The notes below the pieces were generated by a model. That model was not told where the DNA came from. It saw only the letters and a list, made by a program, of their open reading frames with translations, and searched no databases. A program made the position numbers and the translations under genes. From the NCBI GenBank assembly GCA_040954595.2, contig CM082578.2:15484998-15548997 (forward strand): a DNA stretch of 64,000 nt. Direction: 5' to 3'. Shown here in pieces: positions 23,334 through 35,700 of this stretch. Position 1 is the first letter of the stretch. Every line of letters starts with the position of its first letter. The DNA is from Balanoglossus misakiensis (lineage: Eukaryota > Animalia > Hemichordata).

Positions 23334-26300
23334 ATGGCAGAGAAAACTGGTAAGTGTAGGCAACTGAGACATAGTCATTAGTTTTCTCACATGGACTGAA
23401 GAAAACTTCTATATAGTGGGTATCTATTTGGCCCGCTCGATTTCTTACACTTATGTGTTGACCCGTTCCGTGTCTTGTGATTTCTCCCCACTATTTTACC
23501 GGAGAACCTGTACTTTTGGGCCAAGGCATAATACAGTGCTATCATTTCATCCCCAGACTACGAGTACATCGTCGTAGGCGCTGGGCCTGCTGGTGTACAG
23601 ATGTCCTACTTCATGGAGAAGATGAAGATGGACTATCTGGTGTTAGAAAAAACCGACGTGCCTGGATCATTCTATCTCAAATACCCCCGCCACCGCACCC
23701 TGATCTCCATCAACAAGAAATACAACGTTTTCCCAGAACCCGAGTTCAATCTCCGCCATGACTGGAACTCTCTCGTCAACGATGAAGAAGAGGAACCGCT
23801 TCTTTTCACCAATTACACAGAGGAACTCTTCCCAAACGCCGACGTCTTAGTCAAGTGAGTTACACATTGACTCCGTTTTTTCTTTGCTTTTGAAAAGTGC
23901 CCCTGAAGCAGTATATATAAAATGACCCCAACAGTCTGATGGTGAGAACTTGGCGTCTTGCATCATAAATAACGCACACTCCTGTTACTTAGCTGCAGCG
24001 ATAAGGCTAGGAGACCGTTTTGGGGATTCCTGTTGAGGTTTTGGCTGTCCGCCCATCTCTCTACACCAAATCGATTTCACGCGATCTGCAGCATGCAATA
24101 CTGTATCGCGTCTTTCTGTTCTTTTTGCATTCCAGATACCTTGCAGATTTCTGCGAAAAATACAAGACAAACATTCGTTACAACACACAAGTAAAAATTA
24201 TCCACCGAGATGAAATTCCCGGTGACGATAAGTTCAAGTCCAAGTTTACCATTACAACAGAGGACGGACAGACCTTCACTTGCCGGGTCCTGCTGATGGC
24301 CACTGGACCAGCTTTACCACACGACCCGAAGATAGAAGGAGTAGAAATAGTAGATACATACCAAGACCACAGTTTGGATCTCGAGGAATACAAGAATAAG
24401 AGAGTTTGCATTCTTGGTGGAGGAAACAGTGCATTCGAGGTAAATAAGAGCGCCACCAGTGCCCGGAAATTGCTTGGACCTTTGTTTTCGCACATTTCAC
24501 ACCTACGGTCACAATGACATGGCGTATCAATGTTATTTTACCAGAAATACAGTGTTTTTCAATCGAGGACGATTTTATCATTTTTTTTTCAAAATAGGTT
24601 GCTGACTATATCTCCGGTGCGGCTGGTCTCATCCACATGTTCAATAGGCACGCTGTGAAATTTGCCTGGGACACTCACTTCGTGGGTCACCTTAGAGCCG
24701 TCAACAACAATGTGCTGGACATGTACCACTTGAAATCACTGCACGCTCTGCGCAAGTGCGACGCCACCCGCATATGGAAGGCCGACGATGGCACATTCAG
24801 CATTGAGTATGACATGCACCTTCCTAACTGGGACCCACCAGGCACCGGGCGGTTTGTCAGCAATGGTTATGACAAGATCATCAACTGCACCGGTTGGAAA
24901 TTCCTGAATCCTGCGTTATTCGATGAAACCTGTCAACCCGGTAAGCCTGTCTATACTATGACGTAACTTTTCAGTCACATGGCGCCCAGTGGGACAAGAA
25001 ATTTTCACATTGTGTGACCAAAAGTTTCATGGATCGAATAGAGCAAATGCTACGTGTATATTTTGCATGTTTGTAAACATGTCTGCTTACTTTCAAAATT
25101 ACATCTTGTAAAAATGTAGGTACCCACACTGATGGCAAATACCCCACACTTGACGAACACTGGCAAACAACGGTCCCAGATATGTACTTCATCGGGACAG
25201 CCATGCAATCACGTGACCGAAGAACCGCATCCGGTTTCATCCATGGCTTTCGGTACAACATCCGTTCTCTGTGTCACATGTTACGCGAAACCTACGATGG
25301 AATCAATCTGCCTCGAGCCAAAGTGTTCAGTCCTATTGACCAGGAAGAAGTCTGTCGGTGGATAGTCAGTAAGTTGCGTCTGTTATGTGCGCATGCTCAC
25401 ACTTCTTCCAAACCTCTTCTTCCTTGAGGGAAAATGTAGTTTTTCCACCCACCATCCATAACCTTAAATCGGTTTTCTTCCCAGAACACGTCAGCGTCGT
25501 TTCTGCCCTCTACCAACTCGGTCAAGGATTCCTCTGTGATGTCGTTCTGGTTCACGCCGAGGACGGCGAGAAAGGCAGTGTTGAGTACATCCGGGAACTT
25601 CCCCAGGCCTGGATTAGGAAGCAGTCGTGGTTCTTGAATGCACCGCTGGCATTTCTCATCAGCATAGAGGACACCATTGCCAAGTAAGCGCAATAAAATA
25701 TGTTAAAGCATATTATATAGACAACTTATGAAAATGGCAGGTGGAAATAGGAAAGATCAGCGTTATGTTTACCACGCACACGGTGACGTAATCACAAGCA
25801 ACCAAGATGACACCAAAGTCTATTAAAGAAGCGATAGTTGAACTTTCATGAGCCACTTTTGATCTGCAGTACTACATGTACAATATACCACAATGTCTCT
25901 TCTGCTGTCACTCAGATATCCCGAGCTGAAAGCTACCGAGTTCTTCACTCCCGGAGATGCTAACGTCAGCAACTGCAAGTGTTCACCGTTCCCCCAGGCT
26001 GTCTTCAGGGTCTTTAAGGAAGGCAAACTGGTAGACGATCTCTTCATCGGCGGCTCGCTGGTCGTCCGTGCCGATACCCGGAACTTTGACGGAGACACGA
26101 ACCCAGAGAGATATGTCAACAAAGTGAAAAATCTTTTCCATCGTCATGTAAGTATTTCTCCGTCGAGTTGTTGTTCCTAACTACTGTACTTTGTATATTT
26201 GCTATCGGAATGACATTATGACAATTCATCGAAATGTTTCCGAGCATCAAATGTAGATATCGCCTGCATGAAATATTCCGATCCAAAAGCATCACCACCC

Positions 26301-26547
26301 CAACCCGTTCATTCAGTCCGGGACCTCATATATTTTTTCTTCCTCTCCTCGAACACAGACCGGTCTTGGGAAGGGAGGATTCTACGAACAACTCTTCACG
26401 CCGGATATATGGCCCAAAGTTTACAGACCGTGGAGTCAGGAAGAAATTGAAGAGCAGAGAAAGGCCGAGATGGCAAAGGCGAACAAGAAATACGAGTGTA
26501 GTCTGAGTGTAATCCGGTACAACCAAGTCGACATTGCCGATGTGTAA
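23334..26547 (+). CDS. FOXRED2: FOXRED2-like FAD/NAD(P)H-dependent oxidoreductase, paralog B (about 609 aa, 8 coding exons, no signal peptide)
   Basis: Exons 23334-23349, 23557-23854, 24136-24439, 24598-24940, 25120-25368, 25485-25683, 25916-26147, 26359-26547; phases consistent. Reads MAEKTDYEYIVVGAGPAG, YPRHRTLISINKK, EFNLRHDWNSL, ILGGGNSAFE, WDTHFVGHLRAVNN, ASGFIHGFRY. Collinear with paralog A. Confidence 0.9.
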
Positions 26548-27413
26548 TCAACCGCCGATGACGTCGTCGTCATCTTTGACACCGATCTCAACGAACTCTG
26601 TGTGTGATTAGTGATTAATAAACAACACACCTCTGGTAGCCTACAATATCGGACTAAACCTTGACAGTAGCTACATTGACTATTTGGCAAAAATGATAAA
26701 AAAAACTATCTCAATCATTTCATAGATTACATTACGGATTATGTTAGTGTAGTTTTATTATTAGAACTTCAGTAGCATTTTAATCCTTGCCACACCAAAC
26801 CAGAGAATTTTAGTTGCAATGGCCATAGATTTCATATTTCAAATTTAAAGGCTTGATATGAGTCTACGTAGTCACGGTGCAATAGTTATTTTGTAACCCC
26901 CACTTCTTGTATATTAGTGGTTCTTATATGGAAACACATTTGAATTTCGTACAATTGTGGCAGTCATGAAATGCTGTAAGTGAATTGTTAACTGTGAGCA
27001 AAAATGGATGAGGTTAGCAATTTGAAATAAACTTCAGAAAGGGTTTCTGGAACTATGCTGTGTTCTTGTTTGAAATGATCCTAGCCTAGCCCCTCCCCAC
27101 TTACATCTCAAGAATTTCCAGGCCCCCCACCCTCTATTACCCTTTCCTCCTTTCTCTGTATGTCTGCCTGTTGTTACGACACACCCTGTTTAGTTGCTTG
27201 GTCGAGAGAGGGGTAGCTTTTCTTTGCATAACAAAGGGCCCTACCTTTTCAACTAGTTCATTTAAATATTAGTAATAACCAGATGGTCACCCATATAAAA
27301 TGCCTTCTCACAAAAACAACGAGGCACACTTCTCAACACTGACTCGGAGGAGCACGTAGCTCCAGCTCCAACTCGCCTTGGGAATTAGGAATTAGGAATT
27401 TACCTAGCTTGGC

Positions 27414-27540
27414 TGGACTCTGTGAGCAACGGACTTCATGAGCAAGGGACTTTGTGTGAGCAACTGACTTCTGTGAATGACGGACTTGGTCAGCAATGGA
27501 CTTCTGTGCCTTGAGTTCGGCCAGGACTTTTGTGGACTCA
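27414..27540. repeat. Degenerate tandem repeat (units of about 16-18 bp, ggactt..tgagcaa)
   Basis: ggactctgtgagcaac / ggacttcatgagcaag / ggactttgtgtgagcaac / tgacttctgtgaatgac / ggacttggtcagcaat / ggacttctgtg. Probably an internal array of a transposon remnant. Confidence 0.6.
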
Positions 27541-28242
27541 ATAACTCCTCGACCAAGCAATGCGGACAGATAATGTCATCGTACAAATGAGGTAATATAA
27601 AGCGCTGTACATATCTCATTTATTCAACAGTACAGAACAAAACAAAACAGAATAGAATTGAATAGCAAGAATCAGAGAACAAACACATATCAAAATCATT
27701 CACGTAAAACAACACAATGTCACACACATTGTGAAAATTAAGTTTTGAGCATTAAAAAATCGGGGACAGAATGCAATACATTATACTTCGGATCAACAAG
27801 AAGGCAAGGTCAATTCTTTACATATAGTAATCCAATAATTGTGTGCTGAGTAAATATAATTTGTGTCAGTCATATGAATATTATAAACCACCAATTAAGA
27901 ATGAAAAATGTATATTTTAAGCTGGCGATGTTAAAGTTCGGTGCACGTCTCATGAAATAGCGTTCAGTGCATATTTAAATAACGACGGCGGAGGCAGATT
28001 GAACCTTGTAATAAATCCCACAGTTCTGGCTTGACGCATGTCTTCACCAAGATGACGCACGATACAAGTGGACTGTCGAGGCTCTGCTCCGCGAAGCCTG
28101 TAAAATGACAAGAAGATAAATCTGAAAAGTGGTAGCAATTGATTCTGATCATAAAGAGAATACAATTCGGAAAGTCTTTCTGTAGCTAATGACCGAATGA
28201 TATTAAAATCATTTTCTTAGAAGAATTTTTGTACCTGCGATG

Positions 28243-31200
28243 CTACTCTCTTTTCACTCGTTGCATTCTGGCGTCAGAGATGCTATCCGCTTTCCTCTTT
28301 AATCTGGATACCTCTAATTTCGGGTTCTCGGCTGCCCTCTTCAGTCTCTTGTATCGCGCCAAGATTTTCTGATCGTCGTCCACCACCCTTTTCTGTCTCT
28401 TCACGCGATTCAGTTTGTCGACACCTTTGCCGCTACTGCGCTTGTGCAGACCGGATTTCTGGAAAGCTGCGTCCTCGGCCTTTCTTCTCATTCGTTTCAC
28501 GCGTTGAAGGGCTTTCTGATTTTCATCCGCGCCTTTCTTGACTCTCTTGGTTCGTCTGTGCGCTTCCGGCCCGTCATCTACCGACCCTCGGCGGAAGCGT
28601 TTCACTCTCTCCAAGGCCTTTGGACTCCCTTTCTCTTCTCCTCCAACATCCAAGCCTTTCACGCGCGTCAAGGCTTTCTCCAGTTTGTGCGTGATTGCCT
28701 TCGTCTCCTTGCGGGTTTGCTTTATTCTGGCATGGATGTCGTTGGCCTCGTCCTTTGGCTTTGCTTCGGCGTTGTCATCGGATTTTCGCCGGAATCGTTT
28801 GACCCTGGTCAGTTCCGGCAGGTCTTTTTCTTCGCCGTCCGTGATTATTCGCTTGATGCGATTTAAATCCTGAGAAAATAATGAAGCATACTGTTAATGG
28901 GCTCATGAAATGATAGTAGGGAATTACATAGAAATTTCATCTGATCGACAGTTGACATAACATATTGTGTTGCCCGGTGGTGGCGCTCCCAGGGAAGATG
29001 GGTACCCACGCAATACCTATACCTTGATATCGGTCCCTGTCTTAGATTTTGTAAATGAGGGGTTGTTTTTTGGTCTAAATTTCTCCCATAGTTCACAAAA
29101 AGGTGTCTCCCGGAAAGGGGCATATACGTAAATACGTAGAGTTAATTATCCTAGCTGTCGGTTTATTGGGAATTAAGGTCACGAAGTATATGACCTCACC
29201 CGGTGCATCGCCACTGTTATATGGAGACAAATTTCAATTTGAATTTGAACTGACATGTACAATAATTTAACGGCAATAAGCGCTGCTTACTGTCCGTGTG
29301 CATCATATGTCATGATTTGTTGAAACCATCTGCAGGAATAACTCAACATCTTATGAAAATAAATGGAGCCCTTGGAGATGTTGACGTGTGGAGGTTTCTT
29401 GATAAAAAATTAGGACGTTGCAAACATGAGATATTTGAAAATTTAGCCACAGTTGCCATGACAAATAGAGATTTGATTGAACGTAATATGATAATTTTAA
29501 ATTGACGCAGCTGCATCAAATTTGATATAAATGACTAGCAAATGAAAAATTTTAACCAGGAAAAAACTGTCAAATATTGACGAAAACAAAATTCAGGGTC
29601 ACAGTTAGCAGTACTATTGGATTTGATATGTCAGTCAAATGTTCCCAAATAGCGTTGAATCCACTTGCAAGTTTCCTGCTTGAGAAGGTGTCATGTGTAG
29701 GGGCCTATTGATTAATGATGGCCATCTATTCTTCTTGTAGGATTCGTCTCTCATCAGAGAAGAGGATAAGCACAAAGCGCTTGCAACAAGCCTTTGAATG
29801 AACGCATTAAAGATGGCTTTCATATTTTATGAGCTCATCATGAAATTATAATTCAAAACAGACTTTTTCGGTGAAAGTGAAATTTATCATGTAATACTCA
29901 GTAGGAAAGTGTAATGATTTTCAGTTTATATTAGTACGTTTTACATGCAGGCAAAACGCTAACAATCGACGTTCTCATTTATTGGAAAGAAATATGAGGT
30001 TTCTTTGATGGCTTCATCACGTTCAATTCCGGTCACGTGATGTGTATGTAAATCCGACTGTGTAGGAGACATCTCGGGCCCATACTCGAACCGTTCCAAT
30101 TGTTGACACAAGGACGTGTCAGTGTTGCGTCAACCATGGAGGTACCAGTGTACATCCATGCTAATGATTCTGTGTATTGCTCAAAGACCTTGTGACAACA
30201 CAGTTCAAACGCAATCATTTCCCAGACGACGTAAATCTCAATTACTGATGTCATGACATCCACTGTACACTAGGGAATTTCGCCGAAAGGTGTTTGCGTT
30301 TTGCAATTTGTGGGACGTAGCAAACGCCAGATAATCTAATTGGTTCAAAGAAAGGTTAAACCATGGACCTTGAATTGATGGTACGATTCGTTGGATTTCA
30401 TGCATATTTCATTGCTTCAACTTATCGCTTCGAGCTCCGCCCGTTTTCATGCCTGTTTTCACGGAGTTTTGTAGACAGACCATATGCATATCGAATCAAT
30501 AATCGCCGTTCACCACTGTCAGTAGTCACTGGCACACGAAAAATGTCTGAGTTTGTCATCATTTTGCAGTTGGTATGCGGATAAAAATACAAGGGTGACA
30601 TCTGTCAACAGGTTTCGTGCAATTATATAACACAATTATCACCCTTGTAATGTCTATCTGTATATTGATTCTGAGAAACTGCAAAATTATGTACGACTTA
30701 GCAATTTTCCGAGCCCCTGTGATTACGATATGAACAAGCTGCGTATATCAATCTGTCTGTCTGTCTGTCCCTCTCTCTCTCTGTGTCTATCCGTCTCTTT
30801 CTCTGTCTCTATTTCACCCTCTCTCTGTATATAATCACTTACTCTGTGTGAAAAATGAATTAAGGTACATGGTTTTCGAGGATATATTTTGTAGCGAAAG
30901 GTCATTCTTGTCTCTTGGGAATCAATTGATGTTATCCTAGTAGTTCTCTGACTTGTGTTACGATATAAGGTGTTAATGTACTGGGAATGTGAAACACTGC
31001 GGATTAAGCCGTAATCCCATAATCCCAGAAGACTCGTGTCGTGAGCCCGCATTGCCAGAAATTGCTGTTCTCTGCAAATTACAGCCGCAGGTCAGGCGAT
31101 GTGAAATGAAAATGAGAATGTCAGAACAGATGAAATAGAAGTAAATTTATTATCGAATGCTGGGGAAACCTATGATGATTGCCATAGCAACTGTATTTCG

Positions 31201-31994
31201 CATGATTTTACGACTCTGAAATTCCTGTCATGTGACATTTACACGGCATAGAGGAAACATTTCGAACCCTGTATTCAGAAACGTTTGAAGTATCAACTCA
31301 CTGAGTGAAAAAATATATACGCGGAACGAACCACTTGTCATAATTCGGTACCCTGGCCTAGCATCATCAATAATTAATACTTCAAATAATGTATTTTTTT
31401 AATTGATGGAGAATGAAGGTTAAATGTCTAACAAACAACTTTCATAAATCATCTTTAGTGGTATCTAAGAAACCGTTGTAATTGTTAGCTTGCGATGTTG
31501 ACATGTTGACAATATAAAGTAATTAGATGGAAAATTAGTTATAATTTATTCATTAGACATACGCACCGATGTATAGACCAAGTGTATTTATATATTCGAC
31601 ACAACAGAATCTTTCAAACACGGTCAAATCTCAGTGAACGGCGCTTAAAATTTTTCAGTCATCTCAATATTCTAGCCGCATCTTAAAAAACATACGGAAT
31701 GCTCTGGTTGATGTTTTCAAAACGAAACAAAATTGACTTGTCGAGCTGATCTGAAAACACAGCGCTAACAGCATCCGGCCTATGCCGCAATCGATTTATA
31801 TCAAGATACGCAATGAATGCGCACGCGCGTTGCTCAACAAGATGCTATATTCTTCGACGACATTGAGTGAAGTAAAAACAGTCGCGAATGCGGGAAAAAC
31901 ATCATTCTGTACCTACCTCGAACGATGCAGATAACACGGTGACTACACCCAAACACAACACGGCGACAATTAATGCCAAAGCGTACTTGCTCAT
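28243..31994 (-). CDS. Secreted Lys/Arg-rich protein with repeated L-x-R-V-K-R motifs (234 aa; exons 31994-31917 and 28869-28243)
   Basis: Exon 1 (not in the ORF track) encodes the signal peptide MSKYALALIVAVLCLGVVTVLSA-SFE and ends gag|gtaggt in phase 0. The acceptor tattttctcag|GAT at 28869 opens an uninterrupted 208-codon frame DLNRIKR...MQRVKRE*. Additional micro-exons in the 3-kb intron cannot be excluded. Confidence 0.8.
30752..30828. repeat. (TCTG)n/(CT)n microsatellite
   Basis: tctgtctgtctgtctgtccctctctctctct... Confidence 0.75.
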
Positions 31995-32790
31995 GACGAA
32001 CGTTGTGTGTGTGTATTCTATCAGGTGTTGACGGGTCTTCTTCTAGCGCGGTGTTGACTATTACATGTTCCTGAAGGTTCTATGCTAACCAATGAAACAG
32101 TAGCGAGCGTCAGTCCGTGACAAGAGCCACCGAGAACTTAATATTCATGTTTTATATTATCATAATATATTTACTTCGAATTATTGTTTTTATGCGATTG
32201 ACTTGAAGACCATATGATTACCGAGGGCAACTGACGAGACGAGCCCGGTTAAGCGACATAAATGAAGAAAATTACTGTAAGCCTATAGGGCACTGATAAA
32301 TCATTATATGTGTAAACCACGTTTTCTGTAGAGCGCAATTATATTTTGCTAATATAATGGCGCCCTCTGTAGCGTGATAGTATTTTAATCTGAACTATCG
32401 AGATTATATCCTGCAAACAGTAAACAAATAAATAAGAATCATAGACAGTAAATAATATCACTTGACTCCCATTTAATACACGATAAAGAACAAAACTCAA
32501 TACATGATAAGAATAAATGTGACAGATTGGTGCTGAAACAGATGCCTAATCTCTGTAAAGTTGTATTAATCTTATGTTTAGATACATTTCTAGTTAACAT
32601 GTTTCTTTGACTCATTTCGTATCATAATCATTTTTGACAAAAAAAAAACGATGGCTTATACAGTGCAAGATTACGTTTAAGATTGGAATCAGAGGACAAA
32701 TTACAAGTAATTTATTTGGTTATAATATAAGTTATATGGGTAGATATTCGTGTTGAATGATTTACTGGTTGGTTGGTTGACTTTCGCCAA

Positions 32791-35700
32791 CTACTCATGT
32801 CCATTGTCACGCTTGCAGCACACGTCACGATACAGCCCAGCTGTGCGCACGCGTAACAGAAACGCCCCAAAAATGAACACGCCCTGTAAGGTATTTGTGA
32901 CTATGAATATGTAATCCAGCAGATCGCTTTGAAGGAAACCATCCAGAAACCCCACAATCCATGCCAATCCCATCACAGTGGACATCTTTACAGCAAGGAG
33001 CACGTGGTTACGTGTGTATGATTTCTGTCGGTGTTTCTTCATGTCTCTTTCAGACATTAACATTGAACTCACGGTGTACACAAAACACATGATATTGACA
33101 ACGAGGATAAGCCCAACAGGCACGAGAAATGCAACAATCAGCGGAATACGTCGACCGATCCAACACACGGGCCCTTCACCGTAACCAACCTGAAATTTAT
33201 ATGGAGCAAAGTTGTCCATTATCGCGCAGATTCCAACGAAAATGAATGGTAGAAACCAAGCATATATGCTGTAATACAGAAACATCCTTCCGTCCCCCAA
33301 AACCAACTTTGTACGCAAGAACATGTCAATCGCCACGACGCTCATCCAACAGAAAGCCGCCAGCCAAACAAAGTGTGAAACAACAGCAGCCGTTTTGCAC
33401 AGCCACGGGAACTTGGTGACGTCCATAACAGTTAGAAACAACAGCTGGGCAAGAAAAAGTGCTATGGCCAAGTTCAATATAATTTTTCCTGGTCGGGTTC
33501 TCATCTGTTTGAAAGCAGATATTGTGATGATGGTGATGGACAGGCATAATATTGACAAGATGCAACCAATAGTTGTTAACAACTTCTTTAGTTTTGTCTT
33601 TGACTTCATGTTCCAAAACTGAGCCCCCGTGTTCTGTATATGACAAGCAAATGCAAAGGAACCATCTTCCGAGAGTATGAATTGTCCCTTTGGATATATT
33701 AATGATTTGATTGAAAGACCATCGTTGCTCACACGGAACCCTCCTTCAGGAAATTTCAAAATGACCCCTTCTGAACAACGTAGGAGAAAGTTATCACTTT
33801 CGTCTTTTGGGCGCATACACATGTCGATTTGAAAGTTTATATTAGACAAAGTAGACCCTTGTAGCTCAAAATAGCACGTTTTAGCTTTGAAAAGTGACGA
33901 GTTGTAATTTGGGTGTGTTACATTTGCCAGAAAATCTTCGTTTGAAGACCCTTTATCGTAATTAAAAGTGCTACCTTTAATTGCCATCAATTCGGTTTCG
34001 TTGCCGCATTCGTTATGCCGTATTGTGAACTTCACTGACCTTATAACAAAACCAAGCATCAACAATTCAGAGCCCATTTCAGTCCAGGTTGTTGTACACG
34101 CTGTCGGTAGAAACTCTGTTATATGTCTTAATTCTGCATCAACCATAAGGTCCATAGTAACATCATAGGTTTCGAGAGACTGTGTTTTCTGGTACCGTGA
34201 TATGAAAATATTGTGAGTATGATTTCGAAACATGTTTCGAATAAATGCTTTTAGGTTTCTATCAAGGTTAATCAGGAAAGAGGGTTGAATTTGCGAGTTG
34301 TGATGAGAAAGATGAAAGGCCAACACTATTTGAGATGCGATTTCTGCGGGGGAATCGGTGTGATTAGTCCAACGTGACGACAGTGGAAAAACTGTCGACG
34401 CTGACTTTGTGATCATGTCTGACCTGCGGTTGACAGTTGTCGACAAAGTACGTCCTAACTGAAAACGCACTTTGGAGACACAACTTTCTTGGAATACATC
34501 AAAGACTTCTTCTTGTCCACAATTCCATCGTTCAACCTCCTCAAATAAACCAGCGGCTTTGACACGTTGTTCATTTTGAGCATTGAAATCGAAAAGTATA
34601 TCGAACGTACTAAAGCGTCCGGGAACTTTAATACCCAGTGGAATCCCACATTGTACCATCTGATGCTCTAACATGAACAGAGGCACGTTGCAAATCGCAC
34701 AGTGGATATTTTTATAGGCACGAAGATCCATTAACGTGACAATCGTTGAGGTGTAATTGTGGCAAAGCTCGATGATTGTCGTATTGGTAAAGCTAGCAGG
34801 ACAGTCATTGATGTATGTGGCACATGCGGTCACGTTCAAATCTTCTGGTATTGTGGGCACTATACGGCACTGGTCTGATGAGTTTGCTGCGAAAATCACG
34901 GATGAAATGCTGCCCGTATTCCGCAAAATCTCACTTCTTATTCTCCTTCCACACTCCCACGCCATGACGGTAAAGTCAACATCCAATTCTTTTACACCAT
35001 GACAAATAGCGCAGTAGATGTTACTGTATACCACACCGAATGAATTAATCACAGGAGTTATATCAAGAATTGATTTATCTGAAATTAAAAGATATATTTG
35101 TAAAAAAAAAAATAATGTAACAAACCTTACTATCCAGGTATGAAACATACACGTAAGCTAAGCGTATGCCATTTTAACGTGTTCGGGAGTCTAAATATTT
35201 GGAAGACCCAAAAAACGATATGTTCAATGTAGAATGGTTGGTGGGATGGGTCGTTGGGTGACTGTGTGTGTGTGTGGGGGGGGGTGGGTGGGGGGGGGGG
35301 GTAATTGCATGGATGTATAAAGCCCACGTCTTACCATTGCTATTTTCACATTGTTGTCTTATGTCGTCATATGGCCAGTCTCTGGGACATCTGTTTGTTA
35401 CTAGTACCGTAACGGTCCATGATTGAACCCGTCCGGCAACCTTTACTTCTGTGCAACGTTCTGTTATCCACATCTCATCGAGGTTCGGGAGGTCTTCACT
35501 GTCAGCAAAGCATTTATCTTCGTAGTCGTGACAACAGTCTCCGCGCACTAAACATTCGGGATCACAGCTGCACATCTCATAGACTGCCGTTCCACGTTCC
35601 ATAGCCGCGGCACCGTTGCAAATCAGTCCGTTTGATGTGAGGCACGAGTCAATTCGGTTTCCAGTGTTTGTGTCAAGACACATCAGTGACTCGGGGTCTA

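Noticed and set aside
7120-26547. Bacterial contamination or a recent horizontal insertion of the enzyme trio
   Set aside because: All three genes have multiple canonical spliceosomal introns, some carrying host repeats, and are contiguous with animal genes. Ancient transfer remains untested.
27414-27540. CRISPR-like array
   Set aside because: Eukaryotic context, degenerate units without unique spacers, no cas genes.
28444-28873. Plus-strand ORFs of 140 and 111 aa
   Set aside because: Antisense shadows of the minus-strand coding exon.
29200-29213. Possible 14-nt micro-exon (ag|tggcgatgcaccgg|gtgagg) on the minus strand
   Set aside because: On its own it would shift the frame between two phase-0 exons; unsupported without transcripts.
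29635-29823. ORF MKAIFNAFIQRLVASALCL as the first exon of the LxRVKR protein
   Set aside because: Poor signal peptide and no convincing donor. The exon at 31994-31917 has a classic signal peptide and a phase-matched gtaggt donor.
7120-31994. RiPP-like system in which the three enzymes modify the repeated precursor
   Set aside because: The enzymes lack signal peptides while the precursor enters the secretory pathway; HPDL acts on free keto-acids; the spacers share no core motif.
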